The notes under the pieces were generated by a model. That model had not been told where the DNA came from. It made no database searches and saw only the letters and a list, made by a program, of their open reading frames with translations. Positions 16,660-26,789 of a stretch of DNA of 64,000 nt are shown piece by piece. This stretch comes from a virus. Location: positions 23,414 to 87,413 of IMG/VR virus record IMGVR_UViG_3300042465_003746; one strand, 5' to 3'. The position numbers and the translations under genes were made by a program. Position 1 is the first letter of the stretch; the number at the start of each line of letters is the position of its first letter.

Positions 16660-17442
16660 ATGAAGACCGTAAGAAAAAGAATGTTTTACGATATTGAAGT
16701 ATCCTATTTTATCATCAGTGCATGGCGACTAGGATATAACCTTTCAATACAACCTCACCAAATTATTAAATACCCTGAAGTAATATGTATCTCCTGGAAG
16801 TGGGAAGGAGAAGATGAAGTCCATAATTTAAGATGGGACGAGAACCAAAGTGATAAGACTCTCATAGAAGATTTTATAAAGGAACTAAACAAAGCAAATC
16901 AAATAGTAGCACACAACGGAGATAGATTCGATTTAAAATGGTTAAGAACTAGGGCTATTCTACATGGCCTATATATGGCTCCTAGATATGAAACTATAGA
17001 TACCCTTAAAATAGCTAAGTCACAATTTAACTTTGCCTCTAATAAACTTGACGAGTTAGGTAAATTCTTAGGACTAGGACAAAAGATTCATACAGATTAT
17101 TCTCTATGGGATAAAATATGTCAAGAGAAGTCAGAAGAAGCCCTAAACGATATGGTTACTTACTGCGATCAAGATGTTAAATTACTTGAAAAGATATATG
17201 AGAAACTAAGACCTTACGCTAAAACACAATTCAACTACGGTAAACTTTACGGTGATGACAATTGGGCATGTCCAGAATGCGGTTCCCTAAAAGTACGAGT
17301 TAACAAGTCATATACTACTCCTATGGGAGTAAGAAGATATTATCTACGATGTCTAACTAAATCATGCAGCACTAACTTCCCTGTAAGCAACAGAACCTAT
17401 CTTAAAATGATGGAGTGGAAGATTAAATCAGATAACATCTAA
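16660..17442 (+). CDS. DEDD/RNase H-fold 3'-5' exonuclease with C-terminal Zn ribbon
   Basis: FYDIE, AHNGDRFD, YCDQDV; CPECGS...CLTKSC. Confidence 0.85.
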   Translation: MKTVRKRMFYDIEVSYFIISAWRLGYNLSIQPHQIIKYPEVICISWKWEGEDEVHNLRWDENQSDKTLIEDFIKELNKANQIVAHNGDRFDLKWLRTRAILHGLYMAPRYETIDTLKIAKSQFNFASNKLDELGKFLGLGQKIHTDYSLWDKICQEKSEEALNDMVTYCDQDVKLLEKIYEKLRPYAKTQFNYGKLYGDDNWACPECGSLKVRVNKSYTTPMGVRRYYLRCLTKSCSTNFPVSNRTYLKMMEWKIKSDNI

Positions 17443-17516
17443 ACCCTTTTTAAATATTTTAACTATAAAATTTGGATAGTAACTTATTAATATTGATATT
17501 TGTACTATCAAATTTG

Positions 17517-17524
17517 TATATTTG
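17517..17524 (+). promoter_or_regulatory. Bacteroidota -7 box TATATTTG
   Basis: Exact TAnnTTTG upstream of the wHTH gene. Confidence 0.65.
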
Positions 17525-17555
17525 CATGTTTAGTAGAAATAAAAAAGGAAGAAAA

Positions 17556-17828
17556 ATGGTAATGGTTTACTTAGATACAAAGGATAGTATTCTTTTAAAA
17601 TCTAATGACAGAACATTTCATGTGTTGTATTATATATTACGTCAAACTAATTTTGAAACTAATCTTTGGTATTCAGATAAGATTAACAAAACTTATATAA
17701 TGAACAAACTCGGTATATCTGTACCTGGTTTAGACAAGCACATAGCTTCCCTAAAGGAAAGAGAATTTATTAGACCTGCCGAAGTTAGGGGGAGGTATAG
17801 AATTAATTTAGAATTACTATCGACATAA
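17556..17828 (+). CDS. Winged-helix DNA-binding protein (RepL-like)
   Basis: IMNKLGISVPGLDKHIASLKEREFI...RGRYRIN; start uncertain (17526-17562). Confidence 0.7.
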   Translation: MVMVYLDTKDSILLKSNDRTFHVLYYILRQTNFETNLWYSDKINKTYIMNKLGISVPGLDKHIASLKEREFIRPAEVRGRYRINLELLST

Positions 17829-17839
17829 GCTACTGAGGA

Positions 17840-18043
17840 ATGAAAGTTGGAGAATTCATATCGGATGACTTAGACATATTATTTAAAAAGGAACAGAGAT
17901 TTGCGAATCAATTTGAGTACTACTGTAAAGAACACAATAAGATATTCAGTACTCAGATTTGTTTGACAGCCGCAAATCCTGTTTTATTCATCTTACAAAT
18001 TATAATAAAAAATGGGAACAACGGAGAAATTAAAAGTAGCTAA
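17840..18043 (+). CDS. Hypothetical protein
   Basis: 67 aa ORF in operon. Confidence 0.55.
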   Translation: MKVGEFISDDLDILFKKEQRFANQFEYYCKEHNKIFSTQICLTAANPVLFILQIIIKNGNNGEIKSS

Positions 18044-18398
18044 GGAAATCTTAGCAATGGCATTTTTAGGAGCAACTGACAAAGCAATTGCTGAAGGATT
18101 ACAGTTTAAGTATTCTTCTTATTCAGTAGAAGACGGAGAAAACAAAGGTTGGGTAGTAGATATCATAGTTAAAGAAGCAGGTTATAGTGAAAGAACTATA
18201 CAGCAACTTAAGTACAATTGGCCTACTAACATAGACCCTAAGAATATGGAGTATCATGTTATACTTGATACTATTTCAGCTCTTACACAAGGGGCATTAA
18301 CAATGTGGTACGAGGTAGCTAAGATGTTATCTACTGATGAAGGTTTACAAAAAGCAATTATAGATGAAACAAAGAAAGGTAATATCCCTTCCTACTAA
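18012..18398 (+). CDS. Hypothetical protein
   Basis: 128 aa ORF in operon. Confidence 0.7.
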   Translation: MGTTEKLKVAKEILAMAFLGATDKAIAEGLQFKYSSYSVEDGENKGWVVDIIVKEAGYSERTIQQLKYNWPTNIDPKNMEYHVILDTISALTQGALTMWYEVAKMLSTDEGLQKAIIDETKKGNIPSY

Positions 18399-18984
18399 TA
18401 GTAGTAAGATATATCGTCAGATTCTTGCATTCATGAATTTTATGCTGAATCTAACACCGCAAGAACGAGATGTATTAGCAGAGATTATTAAGCTAGACAA
18501 TGAATACGAAGCTCTTCCACCAGAGAAGAGAGCTAAGTTTATTTTATCTACAGACATGCGTAAGGAAATAAGAGAAACTCTTAACATAGAAGAGAAACAG
18601 TTTAATGTTATTATATCTAGACTTAAGAGTGATAAGAAATTCTTTATGGGCAAACCCTTACTAGATGATAAAAATATAATTCATCCTCAATTACGGTTTA
18701 AAGCTGATGAAGAAGGATTTCAATTTGAAGTAAATCTTATCATGACTACTATTACCCCAACTACAGGTAAATTTGATAAATTTGTTGATACTCTTCATGA
18801 AGAGATGGGTAATAAAATTATTGAAAAGTATGCTGACGAAACGACATTTGCTACTAAAGAATTAGACACAGCAATGGAACATGCTAAAGCTGCAGTTAAT
18901 GCGTCTAGAGATATAGATGCTTCTAAAGCAAAAGTAATAGAAGAGGAAGATTGGGGAATTGAAATAGAACTACCTAATGACTAG
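18364..18984 (+). CDS. Putative HTH DNA-binding protein
   Basis: LTPQERDVLAEI...RKEIRETLNIEEKQFNVIISRLK. Confidence 0.6.
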   Translation: MKQRKVISLPTNSSKIYRQILAFMNFMLNLTPQERDVLAEIIKLDNEYEALPPEKRAKFILSTDMRKEIRETLNIEEKQFNVIISRLKSDKKFFMGKPLLDDKNIIHPQLRFKADEEGFQFEVNLIMTTITPTTGKFDKFVDTLHEEMGNKIIEKYADETTFATKELDTAMEHAKAAVNASRDIDASKAKVIEEEDWGIEIELPND

Positions 18985-19267
18985 TCAACGAGAGATACTA
19001 TTAAAGGTTGCAAAAAAACATGGAATTAATATAGGCCAAGCAGAAGAGATATGGAATTTAATAGGAAATAAAATTGCAGAAGTAATAGGTGATTTAGATA
19101 AAAAAACAAATGACCTATATGATGCAGATAAATTTCACATAATTCATATAGATAATTTTGGTAAATTTATTCCTAATAAAAATAAAATAAGACATGCTAA
19201 TCATTGTCTAAAATTAAAATTAAAACAAAATGGAAGTAAACATAACACTACCGATATTGAAGAATGA
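18977..19267 (+). CDS. HU/IHF-like protein
   Basis: EILLKVAKKHGINIGQAEEI...IHIDNFGKF. Confidence 0.65.
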   Translation: MTSQREILLKVAKKHGINIGQAEEIWNLIGNKIAEVIGDLDKKTNDLYDADKFHIIHIDNFGKFIPNKNKIRHANHCLKLKLKQNGSKHNTTDIEE

Positions 19268-19430
19268 CAAAGAAGTTAGTACAACTTTTTACTACATAGT
19301 TGCCATATCTGCAGGTGAAGCTAATACCTCTACTATTTATACTAATGGCCAAGAGTTTACTTGTACAATAGCTTCAGGAGAACTTTGGAATAAAATAAGA
19401 GAGAATAATGCGAGCATTACACGAAAATAA
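19230..19430 (+). CDS. Hypothetical protein
   Basis: 66 aa ORF in operon. Confidence 0.55.
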   Translation: MEVNITLPILKNDKEVSTTFYYIVAISAGEANTSTIYTNGQEFTCTIASGELWNKIRENNASITRK

Positions 19431-19929
19431 TTATTGGGATATAAACCCTGAATTAGTAATACTAGATGAGTTTAATAAATTCTATACTAAGGATAAATCT
19501 AAGGGCAAAGAAGATAGCTCAAGGATTTTATGGAGTATATACTATGCATATAGCCCCGATTCTAAATTCTTTAATTACCCTAATAAGTTAGATGTTCTTG
19601 CTAGAGATTTCTTAAAAGACCCTAAGTTTAAATGGGAAAGCATTAAAGATATAGTAGGAGCTTTTAGAAATTTAGTACTTACTGATGTAGAAAGATCTCT
19701 AGTAAATTGGAACGAGATAATGGTACTTAGAGATAATTCCCTAAAAGATTTATACAAAGAAGCCATAGAAGCAAAAGATACTGACGAGTTAGTAAAAATA
19801 GATAAGATGCTAAGTAATACTCCTAAAATGTTCGAAGATTACAAGAAGATTAAAAGAGATTACGAAGAAGAAAAAACTACTAAGAAAGGTAAATCAATTA
19901 AATCACTATCAGATAGCGGAGAGATATAA
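19408..19929 (+). CDS. Hypothetical protein, candidate terminase small subunit
   Basis: Helical 173 aa protein upstream of TerL; function inferred from position only. Confidence 0.5.
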   Translation: MRALHENNYWDINPELVILDEFNKFYTKDKSKGKEDSSRILWSIYYAYSPDSKFFNYPNKLDVLARDFLKDPKFKWESIKDIVGAFRNLVLTDVERSLVNWNEIMVLRDNSLKDLYKEAIEAKDTDELVKIDKMLSNTPKMFEDYKKIKRDYEEEKTTKKGKSIKSLSDSGEI

Positions 19930-20300
19930 TGATAAATAAAAAACCTTTAACAGAATTACAATTAAATAAATTAGGGTTTTTACCTTATACACAAATTAAA
20001 AATGAACATCGTTATACGTTTTATAATCCTGTATTAGAAGTGGCATTTAATATAAATTATTTTAGTGGATTTAATTATCATAATGAAGAAGATAGAAAAA
20101 ATACAGAAATAATAATTTATGTAAATCCTGATAAATTTTTATATCTTGTTATTTGGAAACATAAGGATATTTCTATTGTAAATTATTTAGTATGTGGTTA
20201 TGCAAAAGAAATATTATATTATGGAAGAATTTTTAATAAATCTATTTTAAATTCTATTAATATAGGAAAACAGTTTAAATATAAAAAAGATTTAATTTAA
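19929..20300 (+). CDS. Hypothetical protein (very AT-rich)
   Basis: 123 aa ORF, TAATG-coupled. Confidence 0.55.
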   Translation: MINKKPLTELQLNKLGFLPYTQIKNEHRYTFYNPVLEVAFNINYFSGFNYHNEEDRKNTEIIIYVNPDKFLYLVIWKHKDISIVNYLVCGYAKEILYYGRIFNKSILNSINIGKQFKYKKDLI

Positions 20301-20549
20301 ATGGAACACACTTGGGAAAAATATAAAGCAATTCTTACAGGAATAGGAAATACTTTACTAAAAAATAAAGCAATTGAAGATGTAGCTGCTGACCGTAAAA
20401 AAATATGTGATAGCTGTCCAAGTAAAAAAAGAAACTGTGCTCCAATGATTGGTGAATGCTGTGGAGTATGTGGATGTTCTTTAAGTTTTAAGACAAGAGT
20501 ACTAACAGAGAAATGCCCTAGTAATAAGTGGCCAGCTTTAGAAGAATAA
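20301..20549 (+). CDS. Cys-rich Zn-binding protein
   Basis: CDSCP...CCGVCGC...KCPSNKW. Confidence 0.7.
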   Translation: MEHTWEKYKAILTGIGNTLLKNKAIEDVAADRKKICDSCPSKKRNCAPMIGECCGVCGCSLSFKTRVLTEKCPSNKWPALEE

Positions 20550-20550
20550 T

Positions 20551-20841
20551 ATGAGCACAGGGATAAATTATTATTATTTACAAGAAATAATAAATGGAGA
20601 ATTAGTAATAGATTTTATAAAGACTGATCCATGGTGGAAAAAATATATATTAGAAATAGTAGTTCCATTTAATACTTTTAAAGGTAGGGAAGACTTTTTA
20701 AAAAATAGATATTTTTATTTTAGTGATGGAGAATTTAAAGGCACTAAAACTAAAAGTTCTAAAATAAAAAAAATGAAAATAGTAGACTACTTAGAATTAC
20801 ATAATACTGAAGTAGAGAAACCTATTATAAATATATTTTAG
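20551..20841 (+). CDS. Hypothetical protein (very AT-rich)
   Basis: 96 aa ORF directly before TerL. Confidence 0.55.
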   Translation: MSTGINYYYLQEIINGELVIDFIKTDPWWKKYILEIVVPFNTFKGREDFLKNRYFYFSDGEFKGTKTKSSKIKKMKIVDYLELHNTEVEKPIINIF

Positions 20842-20842
20842 T

Positions 20843-23020
20843 ATGATAGTAAACAATTCTAATTTCCGACTTAAAGATATCCCTAATTTTCACCCTGAAT
20901 TAGAGTACTATGAACGTGTAGGATTTTGGAAAGAAGAGAAACGTAAATGTATAGAAGGATATTGGTCATCGGGAAAGTGGATGCCAGGCCCTTTATACTA
21001 CTATGTAAACTTTCATAATATACAATTTGAAGATGAAACTTCAGTAGCTCAAGCATTTGGCTTGCCGTTTCTACGAGATATAGATTGGGAGTTATTTTTT
21101 ATATATGAAGAGTGTAGAGGGTTCTCAGGCTTTAGTGACGATAAGAAATTTACATGTGATAGAAAGTACGGTCCTGAAAAAGAACTAAGTATAAAACTAC
21201 AAAGAATTACAAAAGCAGAATCAGAATCTAAAATTTATATAACAGCTAGAGAATATCTAAGAAAGAATCACGGTAAATCCCTAGGGAAGCCTCTATACAA
21301 AAATGCTTCTCAACATTTTATGTCTATACAGGCACGGGGATCGGGTAAGAGTTACTCTACTTCAGCAATAGTTGCCCATAACTTTCTATTTGATGGTTCA
21401 ACAGATTATGATGACTACGTAGAAAGAAGAAAGCTAAAACAATATACTTCATCTGAAAGTATTATTGGGGCAATTGATACCAAGTATACTATGCCATTAG
21501 TGGATAAAGTAAAGATTGCTCTAGAATTATTACCTGGAACATTTACAATGGGCGATGATATCTATCCGTCACCTTTAGCAGCAGAGTTCTCAGGTTCACT
21601 GCAAGCTAATAAGTTTATTACTTCAGATTTATCTAAATCTAAACTATACCACAGAACCTTTAAAGATAACCCACTAGCAGCCAATGGTACTCGTCCTAAT
21701 ATAGTAGCACTAGATGAAGTTGGTTTCATGTATAATATAAAGGAATCTTGGGGAGCCATTGAAGCAACACAAGCATCTAAAGCTAAAAAGAATCTAGTTA
21801 TATGGGCACTAGGAACAGGGGGACTTGTTTCAGGTAGAGCTGCACTATATGCAGAAAGTATCTTTAGAAATCCTTCTGAATATAACTGCGTAGAGTTTGA
21901 AGATGTATTTGAACACAGAGGAAAGATAGGATACTTTGTTCCTTATTCATTAACAATGAATGAGTTTAAGAAGAATGCTAACAAGGACACAGATTTAGAA
22001 TTAGCTAGAATGTTTATAGAAAATAAACGACAAATAGCTAAGAAATCATCTGACCCTACTGTATATCAAACAGAGATTATTAACGGACCTATGGTTCCGA
22101 GTGAAGCATTCTTAGTATTAGAAGGAGCATTCTTCCCTACGTTACAACTTAAAGAACAACTAGCTGAAGTAGAAGGAGGTAAGTATAAAAAATATATGGA
22201 AGCTTCTTTTAAGGGACACATTAGTTTTAATGAAAAGAATGAGCCAGAGTTTTACACTCAACAAGATGCTCTACCTATAAGAAGTTTTCCACTAGGAAAG
22301 AACGATGAGAAAAAAGGTTGCATAGAAGTTTGGGTAAAACCCCAAAGAAATGACGAAGGAGTTATACCAAGAGGAACTTATATAGCAGGAATAGATGTCG
22401 TTGACAAAGATAAGTCAACTACTGATTCCTTGCCATCTATAGTTGTAATGAATAGGTACACTCGACAAATAGTAGCTGAATACACAGGTAGAACTACTGA
22501 GGCCAAAGATTTCTACGAAATATGTAGAAAGCTGTTGTTATATTTTAATGCAATAGGGATGTATGAGAAAAACCTTATTGGTCTTTATAATTACTTTGAT
22601 CAAAATAAGTGTACTTACTTGCTAGCAGATACTCCTTATCAATTAAGAAGTACTGATACATATAAAGCAGGTACTAACACTTCTAAAGGTATTAACGCTT
22701 CTGGTACAATTAATGCTGAAGCTAGAAGTATGATTAAATCTTGGCTACAAGAAAGAATATCTACTAATTCTGAAACAAGAGTTTACGAAACAATCTATTC
22801 TCCTGCTATGTTAACAGAGTTAGTGATGTGGAATCCTAGTGGTAACTTTGACCGTGTATCCTCACTAGGGATGCTAATGTGGTTAGACGCTACAATGTTC
22901 AAAGAAGCTACACAAAGAGTAGTAGAAACTAAAGGTTTTATGGAGAATCCCTATTGGGCAGAGATGGGTGTATTAAAAAAGAAACCTGTAGGAACCATTA
23001 ATTCCAATTTTTATCCATAA
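20843..23020 (+). CDS. terL: Terminase large subunit
   Basis: QARGSGKS Walker A, ALDEVG Walker B, GTGG, nuclease AGID and GNFDRVSS. Confidence 0.95.
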   Translation: MIVNNSNFRLKDIPNFHPELEYYERVGFWKEEKRKCIEGYWSSGKWMPGPLYYYVNFHNIQFEDETSVAQAFGLPFLRDIDWELFFIYEECRGFSGFSDDKKFTCDRKYGPEKELSIKLQRITKAESESKIYITAREYLRKNHGKSLGKPLYKNASQHFMSIQARGSGKSYSTSAIVAHNFLFDGSTDYDDYVERRKLKQYTSSESIIGAIDTKYTMPLVDKVKIALELLPGTFTMGDDIYPSPLAAEFSGSLQANKFITSDLSKSKLYHRTFKDNPLAANGTRPNIVALDEVGFMYNIKESWGAIEATQASKAKKNLVIWALGTGGLVSGRAALYAESIFRNPSEYNCVEFEDVFEHRGKIGYFVPYSLTMNEFKKNANKDTDLELARMFIENKRQIAKKSSDPTVYQTEIINGPMVPSEAFLVLEGAFFPTLQLKEQLAEVEGGKYKKYMEASFKGHISFNEKNEPEFYTQQDALPIRSFPLGKNDEKKGCIEVWVKPQRNDEGVIPRGTYIAGIDVVDKDKSTTDSLPSIVVMNRYTRQIVAEYTGRTTEAKDFYEICRKLLLYFNAIGMYEKNLIGLYNYFDQNKCTYLLADTPYQLRSTDTYKAGTNTSKGINASGTINAEARSMIKSWLQERISTNSETRVYETIYSPAMLTELVMWNPSGNFDRVSSLGMLMWLDATMFKEATQRVVETKGFMENPYWAEMGVLKKKPVGTINSNFYP

Positions 23021-23025
23021 ATTTG
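23018..23025 (+). promoter_or_regulatory. -7 box TAAATTTG upstream of portal
   Basis: Exact TAnnTTTG, 21 nt before ATG. Confidence 0.5.
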
Positions 23026-23046
23026 TATCTTAAATAAATTATTACT

Positions 23047-25476
23047 ATGAGTTCTCCAGTTAAAATGCAAGGATATATTAGTTTCCCTAGACAGAAACTA
23101 CCTGATTCTAAAAAAGATGACAATTGGTTTAAAAAGAATATGGACTTTGCAGAGCATTTATTAACCTCTGATGTAAACCTACGTTCTAACTTTAAGAATA
23201 AAAAAGCTAACTATAATCTAAGAGCTAATATAATTAACGTCAAGGATTTTGAAAAATTTATTAATCCTGATAATTTAGACCTAGAATCCCTTCCTGCATC
23301 TTTTCAGCATATAGGAATAGAGAATTCTAAGATTAATTTATTACTTGGAGAATATTCTAAAAGAAAAAAAGAATTTAAAGCATATATCTCAGCTAACGAT
23401 AAAGACGGTATCTCTAGAAAAGAAGAACAATTAATGGAGCAAATTACTTCAGAAATAACTTCTATGATTAAGAGTACTTCTATTTCTGAAGAAGAAATTA
23501 AGAAACGATTAGAGCAATTAAATAAGTATCAAACTTATGATTTCCAAGATATCGCAGAAATAACTGCTAATAAAATCCTTAAGAAAGAATACAAAGAAGG
23601 AGACTTCGATTTTACTTTCCTACGTACTTTTGAAGACCTACTAGTTGGGGGCGAGGAAATAATGTATTGTGGAGTACTTGGGGGTAACCCAGTAATGAGA
23701 CGAGTAAATCCAATGAATCTATATACAATGGGGGGTAACTCTATGTATATTGAAGATGCAGATATTATTGTTGAATACGGATATAAATCAGTAGGGCAGA
23801 TAATAGATGATTATTGGGAAGAACTTTCTGAAGACGATGTAGATTTCTTAGAAAGAGGTAAGTCTGATGCTTCTGCAGGAGGCGGTGGTATAGGATTAAA
23901 TAGAGATGTATCTGTTTATGATTACTACGGAGAACAAGGAGCCTTAAGTATTTTCCATCCTAATGAGATGGGGACTAGAACTTTCTCAGGAGCTTTTGAT
24001 ACTTATGGAAACGTAAGAGTACTTAAAGTATGTTGGAGATCAAGAAGAAAGATTGGTGAATTAACTTTCTTTGATGATGAAGGACAAGAACAAAAAGATT
24101 GGGTTCCTGAAGATTACAAAGTTAATAAAGACTTAGGTGAAACAGTAAAATGGATATGGGTAAATGAGTGGATGGAAGGTACTAAAATTGCTGACCACGT
24201 TTACACACTAATGCGTCCTGTACCTTATGCTAGTAAATCTATAGTTAATAAATCCAAAGGAACTCCTCCTTACGTAGGAAGTGTGAATTCAACAAATGAT
24301 TACAAAGTACAATCATTGATGGATATTATGAAGCCAATGAGTTACTCTTATGATATTGCTTATTACAAAAGAGAATTAGCTATTGCTACTTATAAAGGTT
24401 CTTTCACTGCACTTAATTCTTCACTGGTGCCTTCAGGATGGGACCCAAAAGAGTGGATGCGATATGTTACTATAAACAAATTTGCTTGGCTAGACCCAAC
24501 TAATGAAATACTTAAAGGGCCTTCTCAAGGTAAATCAGCAGGAGCTTTCAACACACTTACAGCTCAACAAATACAAGTAGGAGATCCAAATGAAATAGGT
24601 ATGTATACTAATCTGATGTTGGACATAGAAAATACTCTAGGTAAATTAGCAGGTGTAACAGGAGCCAGAGAAGGACAAATAGAAAATAGAGAAGCAGTAG
24701 GAAATGTAGAGAGAGAAGTTGCACAGACTAATCATATCACTGAGAAGTGGTTTGCTATAGATGCTAACTTCCGTAAAAGAGTTCTTACTAAGTTCCTAGA
24801 ATGTTGTAAATACTCTTATAAGAAAAATCCTAAGAAAGGACAGTTCTTGTTAGATGATATGGGGCAAGTAATGATTAATAATTTTGATGAATTTGTTGCA
24901 ACTGAATATGACTTACATGTATCTAATGCTACAGCAGATACGCAGTTATACAATGACCTAAGATCTTTAGCACAAGCAGCTATCCAAAATGGCCAAGCTA
25001 CTATTGCAGACTTAGCAGCAATATCACAATCAGAATCTGTACAAGAAGTTGCTAGAAGACTTGATGATTCAGCTAGAAAAATCAAAGAGCAAAATGATGC
25101 GATGCAAGAAAAACAACTTGCTGCACAACAGGAAAATGCTCAAATGCAAATGAAAGAGAAACAGGATACCCGTGCATTTGAAGCAGGTGAAGCAGAAAAA
25201 GATAGAGATCTTAAACGAGAAGAAATCGCTTCCAAAGAAAGAATGCATGAACTAGGTCAATTATCTACTCACGTTAGAGAGATAGAAGGCAGAGAAGATA
25301 TGGACACAGATAGTAACGGTGTGGGAGATTATTTAGATATCAAACGTACAGAAGTTGACGAAGAATATAAACAAAATCAAATTAGATTAGGAGAAGCTAA
25401 ACTAGCTGAACAAATAAGATCTAATACTGCTAAAGAGAAAATAGCTAAAGAAAAAGGAAATAACCCAACTAAATAA
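23047..25476 (+). CDS. Portal protein
   Basis: 809 aa after TerL; RVLKVCWRSRRKIG, WIWVNEWMEG, C-terminal coiled coil with DTDSNGVGD; crAss-like synteny. Confidence 0.9.
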   Translation: MSSPVKMQGYISFPRQKLPDSKKDDNWFKKNMDFAEHLLTSDVNLRSNFKNKKANYNLRANIINVKDFEKFINPDNLDLESLPASFQHIGIENSKINLLLGEYSKRKKEFKAYISANDKDGISRKEEQLMEQITSEITSMIKSTSISEEEIKKRLEQLNKYQTYDFQDIAEITANKILKKEYKEGDFDFTFLRTFEDLLVGGEEIMYCGVLGGNPVMRRVNPMNLYTMGGNSMYIEDADIIVEYGYKSVGQIIDDYWEELSEDDVDFLERGKSDASAGGGGIGLNRDVSVYDYYGEQGALSIFHPNEMGTRTFSGAFDTYGNVRVLKVCWRSRRKIGELTFFDDEGQEQKDWVPEDYKVNKDLGETVKWIWVNEWMEGTKIADHVYTLMRPVPYASKSIVNKSKGTPPYVGSVNSTNDYKVQSLMDIMKPMSYSYDIAYYKRELAIATYKGSFTALNSSLVPSGWDPKEWMRYVTINKFAWLDPTNEILKGPSQGKSAGAFNTLTAQQIQVGDPNEIGMYTNLMLDIENTLGKLAGVTGAREGQIENREAVGNVEREVAQTNHITEKWFAIDANFRKRVLTKFLECCKYSYKKNPKKGQFLLDDMGQVMINNFDEFVATEYDLHVSNATADTQLYNDLRSLAQAAIQNGQATIADLAAISQSESVQEVARRLDDSARKIKEQNDAMQEKQLAAQQENAQMQMKEKQDTRAFEAGEAEKDRDLKREEIASKERMHELGQLSTHVREIEGREDMDTDSNGVGDYLDIKRTEVDEEYKQNQIRLGEAKLAEQIRSNTAKEKIAKEKGNNPTK

Positions 25477-25565
25477 AGCTATAGCCCTATAGAAGAAATG
25501 ATAAAAAATATATAGGCTATTTATAAAAATTATTTTAATATTGTAACCAAATAACGACAGCAAAT

Positions 25566-26753
25566 ATGAGTGAAGAAACTAATGACCTATTTGAAGGACT
25601 TCAAATAATGTCACCAGCTGAGTTAAATTCAGCTATAGAATCTAAAAATGAAAGTGAAGAACCTTCACAAAGAAAAGAGGAGGAAGAGGAAGAAGAAGAG
25701 TTTACTCTTAATCCTGTAGAAGCAGAAAGAGGAGATGATGAAACTACTAGAGAGAATAGAGTAGTTGCAGAAAAAACTGAAAAAAATACTAATTCTAACG
25801 AGAATAGGAATGAAGTAGTTTATAAAGCCTTAATGAAGGAACTAGTTACCGCAGGAGTTTTAACCATTGAAGAAATGGAAAAACTAGATGAGATGCCAGG
25901 AACCTTTGATTCAATTAAGGAATTAGTAAACAAAACAGTTGAAACAAATTTTAAAGCTAAAGAGAGCAATTGGAAAAGTAATATGTCTTCTGCAAAGAAA
26001 AGATTTTTAGAAATCGAAGATGCATTTGATGAAACTGACCAAGCAATCTTAATGGCACAGAGATTAGAGTTCTTTGATACAGTAAGTATAGATGCAGTTA
26101 AAGCTGATGTAGGTTTGCAAAAACAAATCTATTATGAGCAACTAAAAGCTAAAAACTTCTCAGATGCAGATGCACTAGAAGCAATTGAAGATGCAGAAGC
26201 TATTAATAAATTAGAGGAAAAGTCTTTAAAAGCAATTCCTGAATTAAAGGCAATGTCTCAACATGTAGTTAGTGAGTCTAGAAATAATAAAGAATTAAAA
26301 ACTAAGGCAGAACAAAAAGCTCAAATGGATGCTTTTGAAAACTTACTTGGACATATAGATACAAGAGAATTTTTTATCGATGGTTTAAATTTAAATAAAA
26401 TTGCTAAAGATAAATTAAAAAGTAACATAGTAAATCCTGTTTACACAGACCCTAAATCAGGCAAAGAGTTTAACAGTTTAATGTATAAACAACAAAGAAA
26501 TCCAGTAGAGTTTGAAATGTTGATTAATTACTATGATACTATGGGATTGTTTAACTTAGATAAGGAGGGTAAATTTAAACCCGATATTGCTAAGTTAAAA
26601 GCAGTCGCTAAAACAGCAGCTATTAATGAATTAGATAAAGTAATAGCAGCAGAAGAACAAAGAGGCGTAGGTAGAAATACATCTGTAGAAACCTCTAAGA
26701 AAACAGAAGGGATTTTAAGCATGCTTGAAAAAGCAACTGGAAATAATAAATAA
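25566..26753 (+). CDS. Putative capsid scaffolding protein
   Basis: Acidic low-complexity N-terminus, helical body, between portal and MCP. Confidence 0.7.
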   Translation: MSEETNDLFEGLQIMSPAELNSAIESKNESEEPSQRKEEEEEEEEFTLNPVEAERGDDETTRENRVVAEKTEKNTNSNENRNEVVYKALMKELVTAGVLTIEEMEKLDEMPGTFDSIKELVNKTVETNFKAKESNWKSNMSSAKKRFLEIEDAFDETDQAILMAQRLEFFDTVSIDAVKADVGLQKQIYYEQLKAKNFSDADALEAIEDAEAINKLEEKSLKAIPELKAMSQHVVSESRNNKELKTKAEQKAQMDAFENLLGHIDTREFFIDGLNLNKIAKDKLKSNIVNPVYTDPKSGKEFNSLMYKQQRNPVEFEMLINYYDTMGLFNLDKEGKFKPDIAKLKAVAKTAAINELDKVIAAEEQRGVGRNTSVETSKKTEGILSMLEKATGNNK

Positions 26754-26789
26754 AAATAATTCGTCTAACAAATTAATTAAAAACAAAAA

